From: Promethearchaeota archaeon
Lineage (GTDB): Archaea > Asgardarchaeota > Lokiarchaeia > Sigyniarchaeales > SOKP01
Length of the DNA: 29,554 nucleotides
Assembly (NCBI GenBank): GCA_048938445.1
Contig: JBHLME010000041.1
Span: 4,704-34,257, forward strand
Direction of reading: 5' to 3'
The notes below the pieces were generated by a model, which saw nothing but the letters and a program-made list of their open reading frames with translations, did not search any database and was not told the DNA's origin. Within the stretch, counting starts at the first letter, position 1, and each line of letters starts with the position of its first letter. The translations under genes were made by a program, and so were the position numbers. Shown here piece after piece: positions 7,612-16,163 of the stretch.

Positions 7612-10377
7612 TTAGTATTCAAACTTACATTTCGTACACACTCTTTTTGACTCATAAACTTTTTTAGGATAATAACTTATAACTTGATTTTTATCGACGA
7701 TTAATTTAATATCTCTTCCTTTAGCGTTACATCTTGGACATTGGAGGTTCTGGTTTAATCCAGAATATATATTTAAATAATTGTTAGCTGGATTTTGATT
7801 AGAAACATTTAATGATGAGTAATCATTATTTTTAATATTTTCTGTAATTTTTTCCGTATTTTGATAAATGTTTGTTTGTTGATTTTTTTGGGTATTTAAT
7901 GAACTTATCAACCTTGAAGTAGAATTATCTTTACGATAAATCTTATTCTCTTTTAATTTTGAACTGACATCTTTAGAAGATTTTTTCTTAGTATAAGCAA
8001 TACCCAATGTTAAAATAACTACTGATAAACCTACAATTATTAGAATATATATCAAATATTGTATATAATCTATAGGAATATCCGGATTTTCTGGTTCTGA
8101 TGAATCACTGTTTATGATTAGATCGATTTTTTTGCTCGTTTGTGGATCAATGACAATGAATGTTTCGGTTATATCTTGAAAAATGATTTGTATCGTATCA
8201 CCATAATTGAAATTCAAGGTCGATAAATCAAATTCATACCATTCCTCTATAACTTCAATCATCATTGATTGACCATTTGTAAGATCTGTGAACGTAATAT
8301 TATCCCCTCCTTGTACATCACCATATACATAGAACGCTGGAGAAGTTCGTGCGAATAATTGAACCTCTTTTACGTGCCACCATTGATTTTGACTGTTATA
8401 AGTTCCCGTTATTTTGATGAACCTTACCTTGGAATTGATCACGTCCCACTGCCACGATTTATGCTCTCCTGAGGTTTTATCCACGGCAAGCGTCCATGTC
8501 GTATTGTCCGTGGAAGTTTCAATTTTATATTGATAATATCGATTATCCCCGTCCCAAAAATGGATCTTAATTGCCCAAATATCATAATTACATGGTAATT
8601 CAATGTAAAGTGAACTACCAAGATCATTTGAAGCATATGTAGTGTCATCATCATCGACCATCTTACCGGTATCAGAGCTTCCATGTACTTTAGAATCAAT
8701 TATGGGAGTACGGTAAAATGCGAGCTCTTGTTCGTATGTGTTTTCGAGATCCCACAAATCCGTTGTTTCTATACGAATGGAATGAGTTCCAATATTATAA
8801 TCAAACGTGTTTATATTAAGTTCGGAAATCGTATCAGAATTGACAAACCATTCTTTAAAACACAAATCTTCTACATGTTCTCCATCAAGATACCATGAGG
8901 CTCTCGTAATTAATTGGGCGTTTGAAATGCATTGTCCGAAATAAAGTGTCCTTGAAACGCTTGAAGTAGGTGTGGTGTATCCAGATATTATAACGTCACT
9001 CGTCGAGGGAATGATATCCAGATCCTCATTAAAATAATCACAGATCCCTTTAAAAATGGCTAGAGCAATCTTGCTTCGAAGATTGGGATTTGAAATTAAA
9101 TTATAATCTTCCTGATTTGAAAGGAAAACAGGATATACCATTACAGAAGGCATGTTCGTGTTAGAAAGCTCATCGAAATGCCTATCAAGCGTGGGATAAT
9201 CCCCTTTAGCTCCCCTGTTCGTTGTTCCTAAATCTGACACTATTCGAGTTTGGATGCTACTTGCAAGGTTAAGTCCATTGACAGAGTATGAAACATCACT
9301 TTCAGCCCAATAATAAGTCTCAGAACCTCTCGTTGCCGTTGATGAATCAAGATTATTACATTGAAAGCTCACAAAAATATCTGCATCATTATTATTAGCA
9401 GTAGCACACCTTTGATCGATTGAGACGGTTATATCAGAATCTCTTGTCATTATAACCGTGCCACCTGCGTATAACAACATTTCTTTCAATCGTAAACCAA
9501 CATCAAGATTGAAATCTTCTTCATTTGGAAACGCAGGACCATCAATCCCGAGAACACCCATATCAGTACCACCATTTCCGGGATCAATGCAAATTCTTTT
9601 ATCTTCTATTCCATCAGAAGGATCTGAAGGAAAAACTGGTGTAACTCCAAAATAACTACAAATCCCTCTATAAATACCTACTGCAGCTTTATAACGGTTG
9701 TTAGCGATAGAAATGTAGTTAAAATCATCTTGATTTGACATGAATACACATTCGGGTAATGCTGCGGGCATATCAGTGTTACTAAGAACATATAAATGAT
9801 AGGTTAAATAAGGATAATCCATTTTTATTCCCCTATCGATCCTCCCCATCTCTAATATTAATCCTTTTTGGATACCATCAGCTAATCTTCTTCCATTTAC
9901 TGAATATACAGAACTACTTTCACCCCAATAGAGGGTTTCAGTACCTTTTGCAGCAGAATTAGAATTAGCATTATTATGAACACTAACAAAAATGTCTGCA
10001 CTATTGCTATTTGCGATACTGCATCTAGATGCAAGTGATACAGTTGTATCACTAGTTCTCGTCATGATGACCGTGGCTCCAGCATATATTAATAGATCTC
10101 TTAGGTGTAAAGAAATATCAAGATTGATATGTTTTTCATCAGGATATCCTGATCCATCAATTCCTGTTGTTCCTGATTCAGTACCTCCATGGCCTGGATC
10201 AACACAAATTTTTTTACCTGATAAAATGGCAGATGATTTTAATTCTTCATTTCGAGAATCTTTACTTTTATCAACTAATAATCCTGTATTTAATGTGTTT
10301 ATAGATATGAAAATAAGAAAATTTGTAGTAATTATACAAATGATTATTATTACAATCGAAATCTTTTTTGATTTCAT
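7612..10377 (-). CDS. Membrane-anchored N-acetylmuramoyl-L-alanine amidase (Amidase_3, intact) + inactive Amidase_3 + Ig-like + discoidin + TM + cytoplasmic C4 zinc finger
   Basis: Domain 1 has all four canonical residues: H63 (DPGHGG), E81 (DEKHINL), H134 (SVHNNA), E209 (LPECVF). Domain 2 has N268/E286/Q339/Y415. N-terminal TM/signal, TM at ~7992-8067, Lys/Asn-rich linker, terminal CPRC...CTKC. Confidence 0.9.
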   Translation of the reverse strand: MKSKKISIVIIIICIITTNFLIFISINTLNTGLLVDKSKDSRNEELKSSAILSGKKICVDPGHGGTESGTTGIDGSGYPDEKHINLDISLHLRDLLIYAGATVIMTRTSDTTVSLASRCSIANSNSADIFVSVHNNANSNSAAKGTETLYWGESSSVYSVNGRRLADGIQKGLILEMGRIDRGIKMDYPYLTYHLYVLSNTDMPAALPECVFMSNQDDFNYISIANNRYKAAVGIYRGICSYFGVTPVFPSDPSDGIEDKRICIDPGNGGTDMGVLGIDGPAFPNEEDFNLDVGLRLKEMLLYAGGTVIMTRDSDITVSIDQRCATANNNDADIFVSFQCNNLDSSTATRGSETYYWAESDVSYSVNGLNLASSIQTRIVSDLGTTNRGAKGDYPTLDRHFDELSNTNMPSVMVYPVFLSNQEDYNLISNPNLRSKIALAIFKGICDYFNEDLDIIPSTSDVIISGYTTPTSSVSRTLYFGQCISNAQLITRASWYLDGEHVEDLCFKEWFVNSDTISELNINTFDYNIGTHSIRIETTDLWDLENTYEQELAFYRTPIIDSKVHGSSDTGKMVDDDDTTYASNDLGSSLYIELPCNYDIWAIKIHFWDGDNRYYQYKIETSTDNTTWTLAVDKTSGEHKSWQWDVINSKVRFIKITGTYNSQNQWWHVKEVQLFARTSPAFYVYGDVQGGDNITFTDLTNGQSMMIEVIEEWYEFDLSTLNFNYGDTIQIIFQDITETFIVIDPQTSKKIDLIINSDSSEPENPDIPIDYIQYLIYILIIVGLSVVILTLGIAYTKKKSSKDVSSKLKENKIYRKDNSTSRLISSLNTQKNQQTNIYQNTEKITENIKNNDYSSLNVSNQNPANNYLNIYSGLNQNLQCPRCNAKGRDIKLIVDKNQVISYYPKKVYESKRVCTKCKFEY
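8134..9589. repeat. Copy 2 of ~1.45 kb duplicated module
   Basis: Colinear with 4915-6370 (offset 3219 bp), with scattered substitutions. Boundaries are approximate. Confidence 0.95.
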
Positions 10378-10875
10378 AATAAATATACCTATTTTTTTTT
10401 GTTGTTTTTTCTTGGTAAATTAGATTTTAATATAGGTGTTTATTTTCAAATATAAACTGTGTACTATTATGTAAATATTTTTTAAACAAATCCCTAGTTT
10501 TCATATGAAAAATAGGAAAAGTGAGAATCGATCAATCTTAGTAACTAAAAAATAATGAAGATCAGTTCAATATTTCAGTTCTCGTTTTTTATAATCATCT
10601 ATGGGATTTAAATATCAAACTTTTATTGTAATTCTTCAATTTTATTCAAATTGATTCTATATTTTATATCTCGATTTAATGCTTAAAGTTATTAAATTAT
10701 ATTTTGTTTATTGTAGGAACTTCCTATTAAAACCTCCTGGTATTTACTTATTCTTCACGATACAACTAAGAAGGAAGCATCATTGTTGAATATCATAGTG
10801 AGAAAACATTCAAGGGTTATTCATAAATATAAGTGATTCTAATTATTATATGTTAGACGAAAACTTGGTTTTATA

Positions 10876-12021
10876 ATGACAAGTCAAAAATTCCTTCAAG
10901 TATTTATTGTTTTGAGAACAATAATTAATGTTTATTTTTTTATTATTGTACCTATGAATAATGAAAATGATCTTTATTTTTCAGTCTATAATAATGATTC
11001 TAATGGCTATTCCTCTTACCGGGAAGCAATTGAAAGTCGTGGTTACGAAGTAATGAGCTTGCAATCAAGTTTAAGCGCAATTAATAATATAGATAAATCA
11101 ATATGCTTGGTTTTGCTCGGACCTAACCAATTTTATGATCCAATATTTGATATTCCTTTCTTTATAGATTTTTTAAGAGATGAAAATTATGATAATTCAA
11201 TATTAATTTGTCATGAATACGGTTGTACAAATACATTATTATATGAAATTATGTTAGCAAGCATTCGGAACCTTTGGAGTGATCCTGATCCAGAAATTTT
11301 TCCTTTAGCAATTTTTGCAGATGGTCTCTTAAGAGATAACTTCTCATGTTTACAAAATGATGTTGGATTAGTAGATCCCACGTATCCAATAGTGAAAATA
11401 ACTGAAAGCCATCCCACAACAACAGGGATAGATGAAGTTGTTCTTTCTCAAGCAACGGCTGCAGCAGGAGGAAGAGTTCTTTATGAAGCACTGGGTTGGG
11501 ATGTAATTGGAGAAACTACACCATTTTATAGCTGGGTTGATAAAAATGGTGATGGAGAATTTAAAACATTACCAAATAGCACGATTCCTGCTGATGATTA
11601 TCTTGACTTGTCTTATTTAATTGGTATTGTAGATGGACTATTAGGAGGAGGTATTAATACTAGTATTTTAGAAAGATTCCCACTTGGTGGCGCAGGTTTT
11701 GACCCTATGGTATTTCTGGCTAAGGAATTGGATAATAATAGGGTATATATAACTTCAGATGCGAGTTGTTTCTCAAACGATTTAATAGATGAATGTGATA
11801 ATTTACAATTTGGACTCAATATTATTGATTGGCTTACTTACAATGGTATTGATGACCCAGATGATTGGATTATTGTTTTTGATGAAACGCATATTCGTTC
11901 AGAAGATTCACCAGAATTAACCTATATAGGAATTTTAATAATTTTTATTGTAATGAATTTAATTTTAGTCATTCTTATTGTAATAATATTAAAGGTAATA
12001 ATTCACCCTCGATTACCTTAA
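10876..12021 (+). CDS. DUF4350-like membrane-anchored surface protein
   Basis: N- and C-terminal TM segments. 'FSVYNNDSNGYSSY', 'LVLLGPNQFY', 'RVYITSDASCFSNDLI...NLQFGLNIIDWL' and 'IVFDETH' fit the DUF4350/GATase-like fold pattern. Confidence 0.65.
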   Translation: MTSQKFLQVFIVLRTIINVYFFIIVPMNNENDLYFSVYNNDSNGYSSYREAIESRGYEVMSLQSSLSAINNIDKSICLVLLGPNQFYDPIFDIPFFIDFLRDENYDNSILICHEYGCTNTLLYEIMLASIRNLWSDPDPEIFPLAIFADGLLRDNFSCLQNDVGLVDPTYPIVKITESHPTTTGIDEVVLSQATAAAGGRVLYEALGWDVIGETTPFYSWVDKNGDGEFKTLPNSTIPADDYLDLSYLIGIVDGLLGGGINTSILERFPLGGAGFDPMVFLAKELDNNRVYITSDASCFSNDLIDECDNLQFGLNIIDWLTYNGIDDPDDWIIVFDETHIRSEDSPELTYIGILIIFIVMNLILVILIVIILKVIIHPRLP

Positions 12022-12089
12022 TTACCTTTAAAGAATAATTTTTATAAAGTGAATAAATAACTATATATATTACAAATGTAATTTCAAAG

Positions 12090-12377
12090 GTGAGGAGAAT
12101 TAATAAATTTTGTCCATTATGCGGAGCAGAAAATCCAGTAAATTCAAGGAATTGTAAAGACTGTGGTTCTCCATTTGAAGAATCCTCTATAAGTGAGGAA
12201 GATGAACAATCTCCAATGAAAACAAGAATTAAGGATGGTAGCGACAGCAGTGATAGCAGCGATGGTAGTGATAGCAGTGATAGTAGTAATGCTACAGTTT
12301 CAAAACCAATGACTTATCTTATAAGTTTCAGTCTAATGTTTTTTATAGCGATACTATATTTCGTAATATTTTACTAA
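12090..12377 (+). CDS. Small zinc-ribbon protein with Asp/Ser repeat and C-terminal TM (tail anchor)
   Basis: FCPLCG...NCKDCG, (D-G/S-S)6, hydrophobic C-terminus. The GTG start overlaps an SD-like AGGTGAGG, so the start is uncertain. Confidence 0.75.
   Translation: MRRINKFCPLCGAENPVNSRNCKDCGSPFEESSISEEDEQSPMKTRIKDGSDSSDSSDGSDSSDSSNATVSKPMTYLISFSLMFFIAILYFVIFY
12234..12287 (+). repeat. 9-bp x 6 coding tandem repeat (27-bp higher-order unit x 2) encoding DGS-DSS-DSS-DGS-DSS-DSS
   Basis: gatggtagc gacagcagt gatagcagc gatggtagt gatagcagt gatagtagt. Confidence 0.9.
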
Positions 12378-12407
12378 ATTATATTTTTAAAAGGTTGTAA
12401 TTCGGCC

Positions 12408-13901
12408 TTGAAGTTATCAAATAAAGCTATAATGAATTTTGATGAATATTACGAGAAATGGTTAGAAGATCATGCTTATAATGATAGCAGTACTGTAAAG
12501 GGATGGTTAAAGTTATCATATTACACATGTAGATATGTATTTCTTCCATTAAAATTTACACCATTAAGAATTGATTTTTTAAGTCTTGCTTTATCACTTC
12601 TAATCATGGTTATTTTCTCTTTATTTCCTTATTTAGATGAAATTGGATTATTGGTTAGTGGATTTTTAATTATTCTCTTACTGTTTAGTATAGGAATGAT
12701 GGATAATATAGATGGTATACTCGCACGTTTAAGAAATAAAAAAACGCGAAGGGGATCATATCAAGATTTAATTTTTGACAGAATAAATGATGGAATTATT
12801 CTCATTAGTCCTATCTTTTCACATTTTACTCAAATAAGTTCTATTTTATATCTACTATTTACAATATTTCTATTTGAAAATTTACGTTCTATCCACGTTT
12901 CAGCAGGCATTCCCCTATTTAGTACTTTAGCAGAAAGACATGCAAGATTAACTTTTCAAATGGGATATATTGGGATATGTGCTTGTAGATTTTATCTCAT
13001 ATCTTTAGGAATTTTTCCAGAACTTCAAATCTTTGGAAAGATTATAACTTTCTGGCCAAATCTCGATATTTTATATATTTGTTTAGGATTTATTTCTATA
13101 TTTGGTATGGTTCAACTAATGTTAAAAATTACGAAAATAAAAATACCTCCATTAAAATTATCAAATAGCAAAATACCAATATCAAGTATTAAGAAATATG
13201 AAATAAATGAATCTGATGCCCTTCTTAAAGAAATAAGTGGAGAAGAATTTAGAGAAGCATATAAAAACCTCATCTCCGCCACTTATCTATATGAATTTAA
13301 AAATAAAATAATGAGATTAGCTTATTTTCAAGGAAAAAAACTAAATTGGATTATAAAAAAACCAAGGATGTTATTTCTGATAATATTGATAGCAGATATC
13401 ATATTTTTTTCCATGTTATTACTAAAACTTAACTTAAAATCAACGAATTTTGTAATTGAGATATTAATTAACGTTATTATTATTGCTTATTTCTTATTTT
13501 TTATGGGAAATTTAAAAAAATTACTAAATTATTCAGCTTATAAAAAATATTTATCAAAACATTCTCTCATCTTTTTCCATTTTTTAGATTTGATAACAGA
13601 AGTATTACTTCTAAGTATTTTATCCTTTATAATCTCAAATATTACTTGTCAAATTTTCGTGATTTTTTGTCTAATTGTTCAATTATGTCATACAGCTAAT
13701 ATATTGAATCAAAGAAGAAAAGTTAGCGAACCAAAAACATATTTCGCACATTATTTTTTTAATATTATTGATCTATTCGTACTACTAGGAATACTTTTTA
13801 ATTTTCTCATTCAAGAAATTTATGTATTGATTGGTTTTAGCTTAATATTTTTATCTTTACTTATTAAAAATATTTTAATTACTAATTCCTTCTTAAAGTA
13901 A
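12408..13901 (+). CDS. CDP-alcohol phosphatidyltransferase family protein with an extra C-terminal membrane domain
   Basis: Complete signature D99xxD102G103xxAR107...G116xxxD120xxxD124 (DNIDGILAR...GSYQDLIFD). About twice the usual length. ATG at 12432 is an alternative start. Confidence 0.85.
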   Translation: MKLSNKAIMNFDEYYEKWLEDHAYNDSSTVKGWLKLSYYTCRYVFLPLKFTPLRIDFLSLALSLLIMVIFSLFPYLDEIGLLVSGFLIILLLFSIGMMDNIDGILARLRNKKTRRGSYQDLIFDRINDGIILISPIFSHFTQISSILYLLFTIFLFENLRSIHVSAGIPLFSTLAERHARLTFQMGYIGICACRFYLISLGIFPELQIFGKIITFWPNLDILYICLGFISIFGMVQLMLKITKIKIPPLKLSNSKIPISSIKKYEINESDALLKEISGEEFREAYKNLISATYLYEFKNKIMRLAYFQGKKLNWIIKKPRMLFLIILIADIIFFSMLLLKLNLKSTNFVIEILINVIIIAYFLFFMGNLKKLLNYSAYKKYLSKHSLIFFHFLDLITEVLLLSILSFIISNITCQIFVIFCLIVQLCHTANILNQRRKVSEPKTYFAHYFFNIIDLFVLLGILFNFLIQEIYVLIGFSLIFLSLLIKNILITNSFLK

Positions 13902-13989
13902 ATAAAATTATAAGAATATCCTCTGTTTTTCTTTTTCAAATGTTACAAGTAATAATATGGATGATGTGAATCGTGATACATTAAGAAAA

Positions 13990-14008
13990 AGAGAAGTATG
14001 ACTTCTCT
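13990..14008. other. Perfect 8-bp inverted repeat AGAGAAGT-atg-ACTTCTCT between convergent genes
   Basis: Directly visible; function (terminator or protein-binding site) unknown. Confidence 0.4.
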
Positions 14009-14106
14009 AAATGGATTGTAAGATAATTGATAGAATAAAATTTAATTCCTCTCCTATTTGTTGAAATTCGCTGAAAATGTTTTTAAGTTCTCAATTTTAT
14101 CCACAT

Positions 14107-15444
14107 TTACTTTTCAATTCTTTTATCCTCTATTTCTTTTGATTCTTTCATTTCAATTAGGTCTATCTCATCTTTAAATTCATCGTATAAATCTGAAAAT
14201 TCATCTAAAGTGGATATTGGGAGTCTGGCCAACTCATTCAATATAGACTCATATTCATCCTTATCTGAAAAAATCGTTTTTAATTTATTTTCAATTTGTT
14301 TTGGAATTTTTTTAAAATTGCATGATAAGGTTAGTACTTGGTCTTTATCCTTGATAAGATGATATGGGACGTTCGAAAAATATTTATTGATAAGTTCATA
14401 AGCAGACCTATATTTTTCTTTATCTGTACAAGATTTTTTAAGCAACCTTTTAAATTTATTCTCAAAGTCATTCGAAAAATTAACAACACAATCCCGAAGG
14501 AGCTTAGAAGCCTTAGAAGCAACCAAACCAACAATTATATATTCCGATCTATTTATAAAAACAATCCCCTCGTTTAAATTAATGTCAACGATTCCTCCTA
14601 TATTCATTACCTCTTCACTCATTATCTGTATTGCATTAAGAAATCCGGTAAATATCGTTTCACTTATGTTTAAATCCGACCAGTCATGATCATATAATGA
14701 ATTGCCTTTATGGTCTCTAATTGAAATTTTATAAACATGATAAGGTAATATATGAAGCAACTTGAAATTTGTTGAAATGATTATTGTTACAATTAATAAA
14801 CCTATAAGATTTAGAATATAGAAAAGGATAGTAAAAATCGTATCGATATAGTAGAATAAATATAATAATCCTCCTCTAAAAACTAGAATTATATTACCAA
14901 TCAGACTAATAAATGCCTTTTTTTTAAGATAAAATGGACTCCCTGACCAAGTTTTATATCCCCAATAAAAAAAGTAACCTAAAAATAAATACCAAAAAAT
15001 GATTTGTACAATATTAAAAAGACCAAAAGGTACGTACTTTTCAATTACTAATCCTTCTACAAATATTACCGCATTAGGTTGTATTCCTAAGAAAATCAAT
15101 GAAAACCCTAGGCAACATGAGACAACAAGACCAATTGAGTAATATGATTCTCTTATAATATTATTTACAAATAAAATGAAGAAAAAAGTATATGGAAACA
15201 TTAGTAAAAAATGTATTCGGGCAAATTGTTCATTATTAAGTAAGATAGAAATAATTTTTGTTAAAAAATACAAAGTCAATGACCAAGTAGCCAATCTCAA
15301 ATAAAATAGAAGGGGAAATTGTTTAGATTTAGCAGATAACTGAAGTGTTATGGTTAAAATAAACCAAATGACGGTTGTAAGGATTAAAAAAGTTAGTTCT
15401 AATACCAAAAATTGCTCCATTTTTATTCTCCTTTTTTTATTCAC
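14107..15444 (-). CDS. 7TM membrane protein with cytoplasmic longin-like domain
   Basis: Seven hydrophobic helices (aa ~12-225), then 'VYKISIRDHKGNSLYDHDW...IFTGFLNAIQIMSEEVMNIGGIVDINLNEGIVFINRSEYIIVGLVASKASKLLRDCVVNFSNDFENKF', the beta-beta-alpha-beta-beta-beta-alpha pattern of Asgard longin-like domains. Likely start is ATG at 15420, after AGGAG. Confidence 0.7.
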   Translation of the reverse strand: MNKKRRIKMEQFLVLELTFLILTTVIWFILTITLQLSAKSKQFPLLFYLRLATWSLTLYFLTKIISILLNNEQFARIHFLLMFPYTFFFILFVNNIIRESYYSIGLVVSCCLGFSLIFLGIQPNAVIFVEGLVIEKYVPFGLFNIVQIIFWYLFLGYFFYWGYKTWSGSPFYLKKKAFISLIGNIILVFRGGLLYLFYYIDTIFTILFYILNLIGLLIVTIIISTNFKLLHILPYHVYKISIRDHKGNSLYDHDWSDLNISETIFTGFLNAIQIMSEEVMNIGGIVDINLNEGIVFINRSEYIIVGLVASKASKLLRDCVVNFSNDFENKFKRLLKKSCTDKEKYRSAYELINKYFSNVPYHLIKDKDQVLTLSCNFKKIPKQIENKLKTIFSDKDEYESILNELARLPISTLDEFSDLYDEFKDEIDLIEMKESKEIEDKRIEK

Positions 15445-15467
15445 TCTAATTTTCTTTATTTTTTGCT

Positions 15468-16163
15468 TTATTTATTAAAATTTTTTATCAAGAGATAATT
15501 TTTCATGTAAGGTGAGATACTAATTTCCTTCTTTAATTCATCATAATATCTTAAAATATTATTCTCTAATAATATTTTTAACCTATAATTTACATTCTCT
15601 CTTTTGAAGTTTATTTTCTTATAAATTGTCGTCTTGGTAATTTTATTATTATGTAAGAGGAGTTCAATTATCTTCCTGTTTAACTCATCTTTCATATAGA
15701 AATGCAATTTTCCTAAATCATCTTCCATTTCTATTGGAAGAAAGACAGAATAATTCCCTATTTTAATCTTTTTGATGTAATTAAATTTTAAGAGCATCTT
15801 TAAATGCCATAAGAGCTGTCCTGCACTTCCTGAACTTTGTGTAAAAATTGTTTCTCTTAAAAAAGAAAATGTTGCACCCTTTTGCTCATTAATCACTTTA
15901 TAGATTCTTTTCCTATATAAATTAAATAATATAGTATCTCTAGTATGTTTTGAACCATCAATGAGAATTTTTTTGTTTGTTAAGACTTCTAATATCTCTA
16001 AAATTGCACTTCCAGGTATATCCAATGATTTAATGGCTTTATCGTATAAGGTTTTAATCTTTAATACTTTATTTTGTTCGATTAATTCTTTTGCAATTTC
16101 AATTACTTTTTGAACTTGTATATTTTCTAATGAAAGAGGCCTTTTAATATTTTTAAAATCCAT
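15468..16163 (-). CDS. Multi winged-helix transcriptional regulator (archaeal ArsR/HVO_0163-like)
   Basis: 'RKRIYKVINEQKGATFSFLR...GQLLWHLKMLLKFNYIK' and 'RKIIELLLHNNKITKTTIYKKINFKRENVNYRLKILLENNIL' are two wHTH units, with a possible third at the N-terminus. Divergent from the ABC operon. Confidence 0.8.
   Translation of the reverse strand: MDFKNIKRPLSLENIQVQKVIEIAKELIEQNKVLKIKTLYDKAIKSLDIPGSAILEILEVLTNKKILIDGSKHTRDTILFNLYRKRIYKVINEQKGATFSFLRETIFTQSSGSAGQLLWHLKMLLKFNYIKKIKIGNYSVFLPIEMEDDLGKLHFYMKDELNRKIIELLLHNNKITKTTIYKKINFKRENVNYRLKILLENNILRYYDELKKEISISPYMKNYLLIKNFNK

Noticed and set aside
5220-8898. Paired small ORFs 5220-5471/8439-8699 and 5464-5679/8683-8898 that look like conserved genes
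   Set aside because: They are alternative-frame or antisense shadows inside the duplicated module; their similarity follows from the DNA duplication.
4915-9589. Duplication as an assembly artefact or mobile element
   Set aside because: The copies differ by many substitutions, both frames stay open, and there are no terminal inverted repeats, target-site duplication or transposase.
4777-10377. Prophage lysis cassette or pseudomurein hydrolases
   Set aside because: No holin, structural or integrase genes nearby; the proteins are TM-anchored; pseudomurein endoisopeptidases (PeiW/PeiP) are unrelated cysteine-protease-type enzymes.
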